64,000 bases of DNA, taken from positions 1-64,000 of IMG/VR virus record IMGVR_UViG_3300010885_049703. One strand, given 5' to 3'. The stretch comes from a virus. The position numbers were made by a program, and so were the translations under genes. Shown here piece by piece: positions 1-8,698 of this stretch; position 1 is the stretch's first letter, and the number at the start of each line of letters is the position of its first letter. The notes beneath the pieces were generated by a model. That model saw only the letters and a list, made by a program, of their open reading frames with translations. It was not told the DNA's origin and ran no database searches.

Positions 1-663
1 ACTGAGCTGCAATAGAGCTTGCCCACGCATCTCTTCGTTGTAGGTATAACCTCTCCAGTTACTGCGTGTGGCATAGCGTTCGCATAGTTTCATAAACATC
101 AAGGCCAGCTTCTTGGTCATTTGTCCGTGCTCTTTACAGAACTCGCCTGTGGCCAAATCACCTCGCCAGTGGCTCTTGCCCACAACGAATGGTTGTTTGT
201 TCTCATCAATCCTGTAATGCCAAAACGGAGGAAAGTTGACACGTATGTAGGCCATGTCCAGCACTGGTTCGTCTACCAGATCGTCAACTGTGGGCTCATC
301 AACAATTTCAAACAGTTCTTCTAAGCTGGCTTTCTTTGCTGCAGCCTTGGTGATTTTTTTGGGAGCCCTGGGCACATGTTCCCAGGTAGTGATTCTAAAA
401 ACCAAATCAGTGTTGGGTATTTTTTTGGGATCAACGACTACACCAGTTTCGCGTTTGATTCGATCTGCACGATTGCGTCGAGCCTCAGCCACAGTCTTTT
501 GATTGATTTTTGCAACACTGGGCAGGATCATATCAAACTGATGATCAGTCACTGGATCAACAAACGAGCAGTAAGTGTTTTTTGAAAAATGTATTTCTTT
601 GAGTATGTCGCGATTGTTTAGATAGTTGACGCGGGGCGCCGTGCGTGGGATGGTTACAGACAC
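1..663 (-). CDS. T4 gp55-like late-transcription sigma factor (3' end beyond window edge)
   Basis: Not in ORF track. GTG start at 663 with AGGAGA SD. The ends I translated read MSVTIPRTAPRVNYLNNRDILKEIH...MTKKLALMFMKLCERYATRSNWRGYTYNEEMRGQALLQLS and are in the same frame. NYxNN and NxxGYTYxEEM motifs are typical of gp55-family proteins. Confidence 0.8.
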   Translation of the reverse strand, partial: MSVTIPRTAPRVNYLNNRDILKEIHFSKNTYCSFVDPVTDHQFDMILPSVAKINQKTVAEARRNRADRIKRETGVVVDPKKIPNTDLVFRITTWEHVPRAPKKITKAAAKKASLEELFEIVDEPTVDDLVDEPVLDMAYIRVNFPPFWHYRIDENKQPFVVGKSHWRGDLATGEFCKEHGQMTKKLALMFMKLCERYATRSNWRGYTYNEEMRGQALLQLS

Positions 664-687
664 AGATGTTCTCCTAATTGTGTACTT

Positions 688-715
688 ATTGTAGCATTTT
701 TACAACAAAAGTCAA
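688..715 (-). promoter_or_regulatory. sigma70-type promoter for the gp55-like gene
   Basis: Minus strand reads TTGACT-16 nt-TACAAT, with TGn extended -10, 25 nt upstream of the start codon. Confidence 0.6.
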
Positions 716-748
716 CCATTTCTTAAACATAGCCGTTTATTTTCTGAT

Positions 749-754
749 TAAATA
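749..754 (+). promoter_or_regulatory. putative late promoter (TAAATA)
   Basis: TAAATA core of the T4-type late promoter 17 nt before the first structural gene, followed by AGGA SD. Confidence 0.6.
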
Positions 755-771
755 CACAAACAGGAACAACT

Positions 772-2937
772 ATGCCTTATATCAGTGAAAACGGCCAAAC
801 TAGATTTGTAAGCCAAGCAGAATTTGAAGCTTTCAACACAGCGCAAGGAATACCAAATCCTCCGCGTCGTGGGAGATCAACGACGGACTCTACCACATCA
901 CCGGCTGGCGGCACGGTCACAGATGTATCAAGTCCCAACAACGGACTCACTGGCAAAGAACGTCGTGCGCTGGTAGCGCAGCAACAATCGCAAGTCTCAT
1001 CTGAACTTGCTTCAGTGGATGCGACCCTGGCCCAGGCTAGCACAGGAAAGATAAATCTCAGCCCTGGAGATATTGCCAAGTTAGAGGCCAGAAAAAATCA
1101 GCTTGGTGATAATTTTAACAAACTTGAAAGTGGGCAACCTGTCACCGATGGATCCCTGGAAGGTGGCCGTGCTGCGCAGAAGATTTTAAATCCCAATACT
1201 TCAAACACTTCGCCTGACCAGCCACTACCAGCAACGTCAGAAAAAACTGCCAACAACAGCAACGTAGATCCCAACGCCGGGTATGTTCCTCAGTCCAATC
1301 GCACCGGTGCTGTGCCCACACCTGAATTTGAAACAAGACCATTGGCACCCACCGAAGACGATGCCATCAATCAAGCAGTAAATGAAGCTCGGGCAAGACA
1401 ACAAGTGCCAGCAAGCGAGATAGCACGATCACCCACAGAACAATCTGCTCAGCAGGCACAACAAGGTGGCACACCAACCCCCACGCCACAGTTTGTTCCT
1501 TCTTATAATTTTTCTGACAATGCCCCACTTGAGCAAGCTCCGCAAGAACAGCAAGGTGCGGTGTTTGATGCCAATGGCCAAGTGGTTGGTTATAGATCTC
1601 GCGGCATAGTTGAAACTATCACACGTGATGCTGCTGATCAACCACTTAATGTGGATCCCGCTGCCGGTGCCACGGCATTATCCAATACACAAGGTAGAGT
1701 CAGTTACGAAGCACCTGAACCACAGATTGATGTACAATATTACAGGGCAGCAGGCCGAGCCAATGAATTTGACGGCGCTACTGGAACAAATCCGTTTGCA
1801 GAAACTGTGGGACCTGCTGATCCACTCAGCGGCATTGCTGGTGAAGCTGACCAACGGGACAAAGAAGGTGTAGTTGGAGGCGCAATTAGACGGGCAGCCA
1901 ACACCCAAGACAATCCTTTTGCCAATCCCTATGGTGACAGACCTGAACCCAGTGTTGATCAAATCAATACTGATCCAGCGGCTCCACCAGATTCACCAAA
2001 CAGCGGCACAGGTTATGTTCAAGGCTTTGGCACTAACCCAGAATTCATAAACACTGATCCCAACAATCCGTTTGCTGCCAATCAGCAACAGTTAAAAGAC
2101 GAGGCTCGTAACCAACAGGCCTTGCGTGAACAGAAGTCAGGATTCAACGACAAAGATTGGCGAGTCAGACTTGCATTGTCGCAGCAGGCGCAGTATCTGT
2201 ACAAAGTGGCAGCACCTGGAGATATACTATATCCCTTGAACATTACCAATGGAGTGATATTTCCTTATACTCCGGCAATACAGACCAGTTACCGAGCCAA
2301 CTATGAGATGTATGATCTTACTCACAGCAACATACGTGGATTGTTCTATAAAAATTCTAGTCCTGGTGAAATAGCAATTAATGGAACATTTACAGCACAA
2401 GACACCAACGAAGCCAGTTATCTGTTGGCGGTGATACATTTTTACAAAAGCGCCACAAAGATGTTTTATGGACAAGATGCACAGGCCGGTACCCCACCGC
2501 CAATCCTATACCTATCAGGCCACGGACAATATCAATATCATTTGCACCCCTGTGTTTTGGCTGGTTTTAATTACAACCTTCCGGCAGATGTTGACTACAT
2601 ACGAGCAGGCAGTGTAACTGTCACTAACACCAATTTGATTACTCGCAGAGATCGTCAAAGCAATGTGCCCACTAGCACATCACCAATTTATTCGGCGATA
2701 TCTAGATTAAAAACTGTTTTTACGCCCAAGGGCGCATTGCCGCAGGCCAAAGCAATGTCCTCATTTGACACTGCTGGAAATTCAACAGAGTTAGGCGGCA
2801 ACAATTCAACTTACGTACCAACACACATGGAAATACAATTGACATTGATACCAATACAGAGCCGTAGTCAGATGAGCAAACAATTCAGTCTAAAAGAATT
2901 TGCACAAGGTAATCTATTGCGCGGAGGATTCTGGTAA
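772..2937 (+). CDS. baseplate/tail-tube-initiator-like protein with long low-complexity N-terminal extension
   Basis: C-terminal ~260 aa (GVIFPYTP..THSN..FYKNS..GTFTAQ..TKMFYG..GTPPP) resembles tube-initiator proteins of contractile tails. N-terminal ~450 aa is Q/P/A/T/N rich. Directly precedes a gp53/LysM-like gene. Confidence 0.55.
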   Translation: MPYISENGQTRFVSQAEFEAFNTAQGIPNPPRRGRSTTDSTTSPAGGTVTDVSSPNNGLTGKERRALVAQQQSQVSSELASVDATLAQASTGKINLSPGDIAKLEARKNQLGDNFNKLESGQPVTDGSLEGGRAAQKILNPNTSNTSPDQPLPATSEKTANNSNVDPNAGYVPQSNRTGAVPTPEFETRPLAPTEDDAINQAVNEARARQQVPASEIARSPTEQSAQQAQQGGTPTPTPQFVPSYNFSDNAPLEQAPQEQQGAVFDANGQVVGYRSRGIVETITRDAADQPLNVDPAAGATALSNTQGRVSYEAPEPQIDVQYYRAAGRANEFDGATGTNPFAETVGPADPLSGIAGEADQRDKEGVVGGAIRRAANTQDNPFANPYGDRPEPSVDQINTDPAAPPDSPNSGTGYVQGFGTNPEFINTDPNNPFAANQQQLKDEARNQQALREQKSGFNDKDWRVRLALSQQAQYLYKVAAPGDILYPLNITNGVIFPYTPAIQTSYRANYEMYDLTHSNIRGLFYKNSSPGEIAINGTFTAQDTNEASYLLAVIHFYKSATKMFYGQDAQAGTPPPILYLSGHGQYQYHLHPCVLAGFNYNLPADVDYIRAGSVTVTNTNLITRRDRQSNVPTSTSPIYSAISRLKTVFTPKGALPQAKAMSSFDTAGNSTELGGNNSTYVPTHMEIQLTLIPIQSRSQMSKQFSLKEFAQGNLLRGGFW

Positions 2938-3236
2938 TGTCAACATATTCAGCTACAAGCCCATATTACAACACAGGGTTTACCCAATACTATCTTGATC
3001 TCATGATCAATCGTCCCATACCCAAAGAGAGCGATGATTTGCTGATGAGGATCAACACAGTGTACGAATACAGGCCAGACCTGTTGGCCTATGACTTGTA
3101 TGAAACTCCTGCACTGTGGTGGGTGTTCTATCAACGCAACCCCAATACATTGACAGCACCGCCGCTAGATTTCAAAGTTGGTGTGGAAATTTATCTTCCA
3201 AAGATTACAACATTACGTGCAGTACTGGGATTCTAA
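2937..3236 (+). CDS. baseplate wedge protein, gp53/LysM-like
   Basis: 99 aa with YRPDLLAYDLYETPALWWVF..RN motif. TAATG overlap with the upstream gene. Confidence 0.75.
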   Translation: MSTYSATSPYYNTGFTQYYLDLMINRPIPKESDDLLMRINTVYEYRPDLLAYDLYETPALWWVFYQRNPNTLTAPPLDFKVGVEIYLPKITTLRAVLGF

Positions 3237-3237
3237 G

Positions 3238-6090
3238 ATGGCAGTTACCCAAGAAGAACTTAAAAAACTACAGGCTGATGTTGCCGCCGCAAAAAAAGAG
3301 TACCAGGCCGCTGAAGCCGCATATAAGAAATTTGTTGCTGCCAATGGACCTAGTTTTAAAGTAGGTACTCCCCAGTATGAAGAACAGCTACGTCTAGACA
3401 AAGCAGTCGATAAAGCGGTTAGTCAAGTTCGAGTAGCTGAATCGGCTGTTCTTGATGCGCAACAACAAGAAACAAAACAACAAGCACAACAAGACGGACA
3501 ACGACAACAAAAAGAAATAGCACAACGAGCAACAGAGACAGCCCCCCAACAAGGTACTTTTGTTGTAAGTCGTCAAAGTACCACTGGACTTTTAATACTC
3601 ACTGATACTGCCACTGGAAAAATTGTAGCGCGAGCAGAAACCCCTTATGATCTTGTGAACTTAGCTGTTCAAAAAGGTGCGGTCTCTGAAAATCAACGAC
3701 AGGAATTGATTTCTCAAGGCCAGGCATTGGTGCAACAAGAGGACTTAAAACAAGCTCAACAAAACAACGCTCAAAGTGCCGGCCAAGAAGTCAAACAATC
3801 AGGTGAGGCAGGTGTCACAAATCCACCACAGCCCACACAAGTGCTGGAGCCCGACGGCAGAATCAATCGCAATGATCTCCCCAACTCAGGTAGCACTGCC
3901 GACAAACCTAAAACCTCAGATACGTCTGCTGATTCAGGCTTGGCCAATGAAACCAAGCCTATCACGGAAACACAGGCAGTCAACAACCCACCAGGGCAAG
4001 GATCTCAACTTCTGGATCCCAGTCGCCAGCAGGCCAATCAAGGCAATGATTCAAAACCAACGTCCAGTTACGGACCGGGTGTAGGACAAGGCAATGACGA
4101 TGCCAGTCCCACAAAAAATGCCACACGACAAGACATTGAACTCAGTTTCCAGGAAGATATTGTTCCGCAACCCAACGTGTTAGATAGCTATGCCAGTTAT
4201 ACCTATCAACTTAGTTGGTATTTGTTGAATAACGATGATTATCTAAAACTTATTCAAGGTGGCCGTAATGCTGATCTTGCCGCTGGCGAAGTTGGCATTG
4301 ATGGCGGCCAACTGTTGATGCAAAGCGGCGGTGCGCATGATAAAGGCAATCCTACCTCGTCGGCTAATAATCAAACTGCCACTACGCAAAGTAGAAATCC
4401 TTATTTTAAACTTGATTACTACATTGATAGCCTGACACTTAAAAATTTGTTACCCGGGCATGCCACTGGCACAGCCAGCACAGCCACTGATTTTAAAATG
4501 ACGGTGATTGAGCCTAATGGGATAAGTTTAGTTGACAATCTTAAAAAAGCAATAAAGAGCTATGCAGGATTAGACGTGTTTCCTTCGGCTCTGTATTGTT
4601 TGGTGATACGATTCCGTGGATATGATGAAAATGGAAATCCAGTGATAGTGGGCAACACTGATAGTGGTGGGGCAAAAACAGATCCGTACTCCATTGTGGT
4701 CAAATATATTCCTTTTGCCATAACAAAATTTGATTTTTCTGTTAGTAATCGATTAACTACCTATGATATAACAGCGGCCGTTGTGCAGAATGGGTTTCGA
4801 CTTAGACAGACAGTGCAATTTGACACTGAGTTGACTGGAAGAACCGTAAGTGAAATGCTGGGTGGACAAAAAATAACCACCAGTAACTCTGAAGGGGCCA
4901 GGACCAATACAACAAGTCAGGCCAGCGGTGGCAAAAAAACATCAATTAGTCCAAAGTCATCAGGATCAGGCGCCAGTGGCTTCCCGTTAAAAAGTGCTGA
5001 TCCCAGCAAAACAAATACCACGATCAAGGCCGCACCATCAGTGGATGCGCCAGGCACAGCAGCATCAGCACCGCAAGGGACCAATACCCCGGTGCGTGGA
5101 TTGATGCAGGCTATGAATGAATATCAACAAGATCTAGTCAAAAAAGGAATTTACGAAAAAGCCGACGAGTATGTTATTGAGTTTGCCAACAACAGTATTG
5201 CCAATGCCACGGTAAAGAAACCAGGAAATCTGGCAATCGATGCTACACCAATGAATTCTACTCCAGACGCTAGAAAAAGTCTTGACGAAACGAGTCAGAT
5301 GATTGCATCACAAAGAAATTTTGCTATACGTCCTGGCAGCAGTTTAGTGCAGGCCATTGAAATGATTGTGCGTAACAGCAGCTATATTACAGATCAACAG
5401 CTCAACATTGTTGATGAAGAAACCCAACAAGAAAAACCCAATGGTACACCTATAAACAGTTTTGCTTGGTTTAAGATATCGTTAAAAGCCGAGCCATTGG
5501 GAAGCACCATAGATCGTAAACGAGGAGATTATGCCTATAAATTTACTTTTTTAGTCAGCATATACGAATCAAAGTCCATGATTAGTCCTTGGTTCCCACG
5601 TACACAATTTCGTGGAGTACATAAAAGCTATCCTTATTGGTTCACCGGACAAAATACTGCGGTGTTAGATTATCAACAGAGTTTCAACCATTATTATTTT
5701 AATGTGCTAAGTGGTACCAGTGATACTATATTAAAAGATTTTACTAGTAACTATAACGACATGCCAAGGTTTGTTTATCAGCCCACCAGTGGGGAAAGTT
5801 CACAAGGTGCTGATGGCAGAACTAACGAACCAGCAGCCAATGCAGCAGACTATCTCTATAGCCCAAGTGATATTGGCAAAGTTAAAATAAAAATTCTTGG
5901 CGACCCTGCTTGGATAATGCAAGGTGAGATATATCGCGGCCTTGATCCGCGAACATTTAGTTTCAGTGCATTTAATCAAGACGGCACTATAAATTTTGAT
6001 TCACAAGAAATCTTATTTGAAATTGTATGGCAACGTCCTGTGGACTATGACGTTGAAACCACTGGGTTGATGAACCCTAATAAATTTTAA
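3238..6090 (+). CDS. baseplate hub-like protein (gp27/VgrG-hub-like), main part
   Basis: Start re-set to ATG 3238, right after the upstream stop. Motifs PNVLDSYASYTY, FKMTVIEPNGISL and KIKILGDPAWI. Lies between the gp53-like and gp5-like genes. Confidence 0.55.
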   Translation: MAVTQEELKKLQADVAAAKKEYQAAEAAYKKFVAANGPSFKVGTPQYEEQLRLDKAVDKAVSQVRVAESAVLDAQQQETKQQAQQDGQRQQKEIAQRATETAPQQGTFVVSRQSTTGLLILTDTATGKIVARAETPYDLVNLAVQKGAVSENQRQELISQGQALVQQEDLKQAQQNNAQSAGQEVKQSGEAGVTNPPQPTQVLEPDGRINRNDLPNSGSTADKPKTSDTSADSGLANETKPITETQAVNNPPGQGSQLLDPSRQQANQGNDSKPTSSYGPGVGQGNDDASPTKNATRQDIELSFQEDIVPQPNVLDSYASYTYQLSWYLLNNDDYLKLIQGGRNADLAAGEVGIDGGQLLMQSGGAHDKGNPTSSANNQTATTQSRNPYFKLDYYIDSLTLKNLLPGHATGTASTATDFKMTVIEPNGISLVDNLKKAIKSYAGLDVFPSALYCLVIRFRGYDENGNPVIVGNTDSGGAKTDPYSIVVKYIPFAITKFDFSVSNRLTTYDITAAVVQNGFRLRQTVQFDTELTGRTVSEMLGGQKITTSNSEGARTNTTSQASGGKKTSISPKSSGSGASGFPLKSADPSKTNTTIKAAPSVDAPGTAASAPQGTNTPVRGLMQAMNEYQQDLVKKGIYEKADEYVIEFANNSIANATVKKPGNLAIDATPMNSTPDARKSLDETSQMIASQRNFAIRPGSSLVQAIEMIVRNSSYITDQQLNIVDEETQQEKPNGTPINSFAWFKISLKAEPLGSTIDRKRGDYAYKFTFLVSIYESKSMISPWFPRTQFRGVHKSYPYWFTGQNTAVLDYQQSFNHYYFNVLSGTSDTILKDFTSNYNDMPRFVYQPTSGESSQGADGRTNEPAANAADYLYSPSDIGKVKIKILGDPAWIMQGEIYRGLDPRTFSFSAFNQDGTINFDSQEILFEIVWQRPVDYDVETTGLMNPNKF
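3759..3839 (+). repeat. 81-bp direct repeat, copy 1
   Basis: 72/81 identical by manual comparison to 6447-6527. Encodes QNNAQSAGQEVKQSGEAGVTNPPQPTQ. Confidence 0.9.
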
Positions 6091-6105
6091 TGGAATAAAC
6101 TAATC

Positions 6106-7164
6106 ATGGCGATAACTGAAAATCGAGCATTGAGAGATAAACGCAATGCCCTGGTAGACGAATTGGGCAAGATTAATGACCAATACAATACTTTGCGCGA
6201 AGATGTACTCAGCGGTGATCAACAACGAGCTGCTGCAGCCCTAGGCCCGCTTGAATCACTTGCCACACAATTGGCAGCACTTTCACTTCAGGTGCGCAAT
6301 GTTCAAGTGGCCAACAGTACAGGGAATAATTTTGATCCCAAGTTGGCTCAGAGCCTAGAGGAATTAATTAACAATGTAATTGATACACAAAATGGAACGT
6401 CCATTGCAACAAGTCTAGCAAACAAGGCCGTGAGAATTGGCGCCACACAAAACAACACTCAAAGTGCCGGTGAAGAAGTCAAACAATCAGGCGATGCTGG
6501 TGTTACAAATCCAGCACAGCCCGCACAGACTTTTACCAATCCAGACGCTGCCGCCGCCACTGCTACGCAACCTGATCCAGTGGTTGCTGTGTCTAACAAC
6601 GACACCCCCGCCATTGGTGCTAGTTCCAGCCCCAGTCCTGACGCCACTGCCACTACAACACAAACCAATTCTGAAGAGGCCATAAACCGTGGGGGAACAT
6701 TAGCTCATGGAGAAACAGTTGCAACCGCAGAAAATAAAACAGAACAAAGTTATGTGTTTAGTGCAGTGTCAGTGGTTAGTGAATTTCGGCAAGGTCGATT
6801 TGAACAAACTTTAGAAGGCGTCCTTTATTTCTTCCCAAGACCAAAAACTTCTCAACTTGTTGATCCCCCAGTCAAAGCCGCAGATCTTGGTAGTCAGAGT
6901 TTTGGATTAACTCCCAATAACAATACACCTCGGGTCAATGCAGGCAAGAAAAAGGTAGCTTCGGCACAGGATGTAAGAAAGGCCACTATAGGCAATCAGA
7001 CATTCCCTCTTAAAGGTGATGCGTCTGGCAGCCAGACATTTCCTCTGAAAAAAGATACGGCTGTGTACTGGGGACAAGGAAATTCGCCAGGCGGTGTCAG
7101 TATTAGTGGTAGTGTGCAAGGCCCGCAGCAAAGTGGCGATAACATTTTTGGCTGGGGCGGATAA
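6106..7164 (+). CDS. baseplate-associated protein, probably carrying the C-terminal strands of the hub
   Basis: In frame with the previous ORF. Helical N-terminus, T/A/P-rich linker, then SYVFSAVSVVSEFRQGRFEQTLEG, which resembles hub C-terminal strands. Confidence 0.45.
   Translation: MAITENRALRDKRNALVDELGKINDQYNTLREDVLSGDQQRAAAALGPLESLATQLAALSLQVRNVQVANSTGNNFDPKLAQSLEELINNVIDTQNGTSIATSLANKAVRIGATQNNTQSAGEEVKQSGDAGVTNPAQPAQTFTNPDAAAATATQPDPVVAVSNNDTPAIGASSSPSPDATATTTQTNSEEAINRGGTLAHGETVATAENKTEQSYVFSAVSVVSEFRQGRFEQTLEGVLYFFPRPKTSQLVDPPVKAADLGSQSFGLTPNNNTPRVNAGKKKVASAQDVRKATIGNQTFPLKGDASGSQTFPLKKDTAVYWGQGNSPGGVSISGSVQGPQQSGDNIFGWGG
6447..6527 (+). repeat. 81-bp direct repeat, copy 2
   Basis: Encodes QNNTQSAGEEVKQSGDAGVTNPAQPAQ. 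See copy 1. Confidence 0.9.
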
Positions 7165-7190
7165 CTCGATATACAACTGAAAGAAGATAA

Positions 7191-8696
7191 ATGGCAGATA
7201 ATTATTACACCACACACGGCAGACCTTCGGGATATAAATTTGACCGCGGTGGGATTTCGGCGGAGATGGGGCCGTATGTTGGCGAGGTGATGAACAACGT
7301 TGACAGCATTCGTTCAGGACGCTTGCAAGTTTACATCGAACAGTTTTCTGGCGGCAACAAAACCAACAGCAAACTCTGGCGCACAGTTCGATACTTGCCC
7401 CCATTCTATGGAATAACACAAAAACCCAACGGTGGCGGCGCTGGTGATGGTACTTGGACCAGCAATCAACACACCTACGGCATGTGGTTCACCCCACCAG
7501 ACATTGGGGTAAGAGTGATGTGCTTTTTTGTGGCTGGTGATCCATCGCAAGGGTATTATCTTGGATGTATTCCTGAGCCAGGTGTTAATCACATGATACC
7601 TGCGATAGGTTCTGCTCCCAAGGGTCAATACATTCCTGGCAACAAAACACAGGCCAAATACACTGAAACATCGCCGCAGCAGCCAGTGACAGAAATCAAC
7701 GCCAAGAGCAATTCAATTGTCAGTAATCCTAGATTCTTTGATTCGCCAAAGCCTGTTCATGCTGTAGTAGCTGGCACATTTTTTCAACAAGGACTAGACA
7801 AAGATACCGAACGCGGTCCAGTCAACAGCAGCTCGCAGCGTGAAAGCCCCAGTGCAGTATATGGAATTTCAACACCAGGTCGCCCAGTATATCAAAGCGG
7901 AGTTGGTCCTAATGAAATTCGCAAAGCCTTGATGGAGAATAAACTCAGTCCGGCAGATGTGACTGTGATTGCACGGCAAGGTGGCCATACTGTTGTCATG
8001 GATGATGGTGATCTAGAAAATCAAAATGCCATGATTCGCCTGCGCACCAGCAAAGGTCATCAGATCACAATGAGTGACGACGGCAACTTCTTTTACATTG
8101 TGCATGCCAATGGGTTGACCTGGATTGAACTAGGCGTAGAAGGCACAGTGGATGTGTTTAGCACGAACTCTGTAAATATTAGAACACAGGGTACAATTAA
8201 CCTACATGCTGACAAAGACATCAATATGTTTGCCGGAGAGAAGATCAATATCAAAGCAAAAATAAATGTTGGATTGGAAAGCGATCAAACCATTACCACG
8301 TTCAGCCAGGGCAAAACTACCCTGTACAGCAAAGCTCAATTGGGCATACGAGCTGATGGCTCTTTGGCACTCAAAGGTGCAGGGGGAAGTTTTGATGGCG
8401 GCGGAGCATTGAAACTCAAAGGTGGTCGTATTGATCTCAACGGCGGCGGTGCAGACGATGTAGCACCGGTCAAAGTCATGACAAAGTACACCATGGACGA
8501 CACAAAGTTTGATGCGTCAACTGGTTGGCAAGTAGAAACCAATAAATTACAAAGTGTTGTGACACGAGCTCCTACGCACGAACCTTGGCCCTATCATAAC
8601 AAAGGAGTGGCAGTTGCAGTGACTATTGGCGAAGGCGCCAGTCCACCACCTGCTGCTGTGCCGGTGCCAGAAAACGTTTCTATTACAAAGAACTAA
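7191..8696 (+). CDS. baseplate central spike, gp5/VgrG-like (OB fold plus beta-helix, no obvious lysozyme domain)
   Basis: D..RSGRLQVYI and YGMWFTPPDIG..V.C.F..GD OB-fold motifs, followed by GHTVVMDD/GHQITMSD and repetitive beta-strand C-terminus. Confidence 0.75.
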   Translation: MADNYYTTHGRPSGYKFDRGGISAEMGPYVGEVMNNVDSIRSGRLQVYIEQFSGGNKTNSKLWRTVRYLPPFYGITQKPNGGGAGDGTWTSNQHTYGMWFTPPDIGVRVMCFFVAGDPSQGYYLGCIPEPGVNHMIPAIGSAPKGQYIPGNKTQAKYTETSPQQPVTEINAKSNSIVSNPRFFDSPKPVHAVVAGTFFQQGLDKDTERGPVNSSSQRESPSAVYGISTPGRPVYQSGVGPNEIRKALMENKLSPADVTVIARQGGHTVVMDDGDLENQNAMIRLRTSKGHQITMSDDGNFFYIVHANGLTWIELGVEGTVDVFSTNSVNIRTQGTINLHADKDINMFAGEKINIKAKINVGLESDQTITTFSQGKTTLYSKAQLGIRADGSLALKGAGGSFDGGGALKLKGGRIDLNGGGADDVAPVKVMTKYTMDDTKFDASTGWQVETNKLQSVVTRAPTHEPWPYHNKGVAVAVTIGEGASPPPAAVPVPENVSITKN

Positions 8697-8698
8697 CC

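Noticed and set aside
3759-6527. Diversity-generating retroelement template/variable repeat pair
   Set aside because: Mismatches are not adenine-specific, neither copy is at a gene's 3' end, and no reverse transcriptase is in the window.
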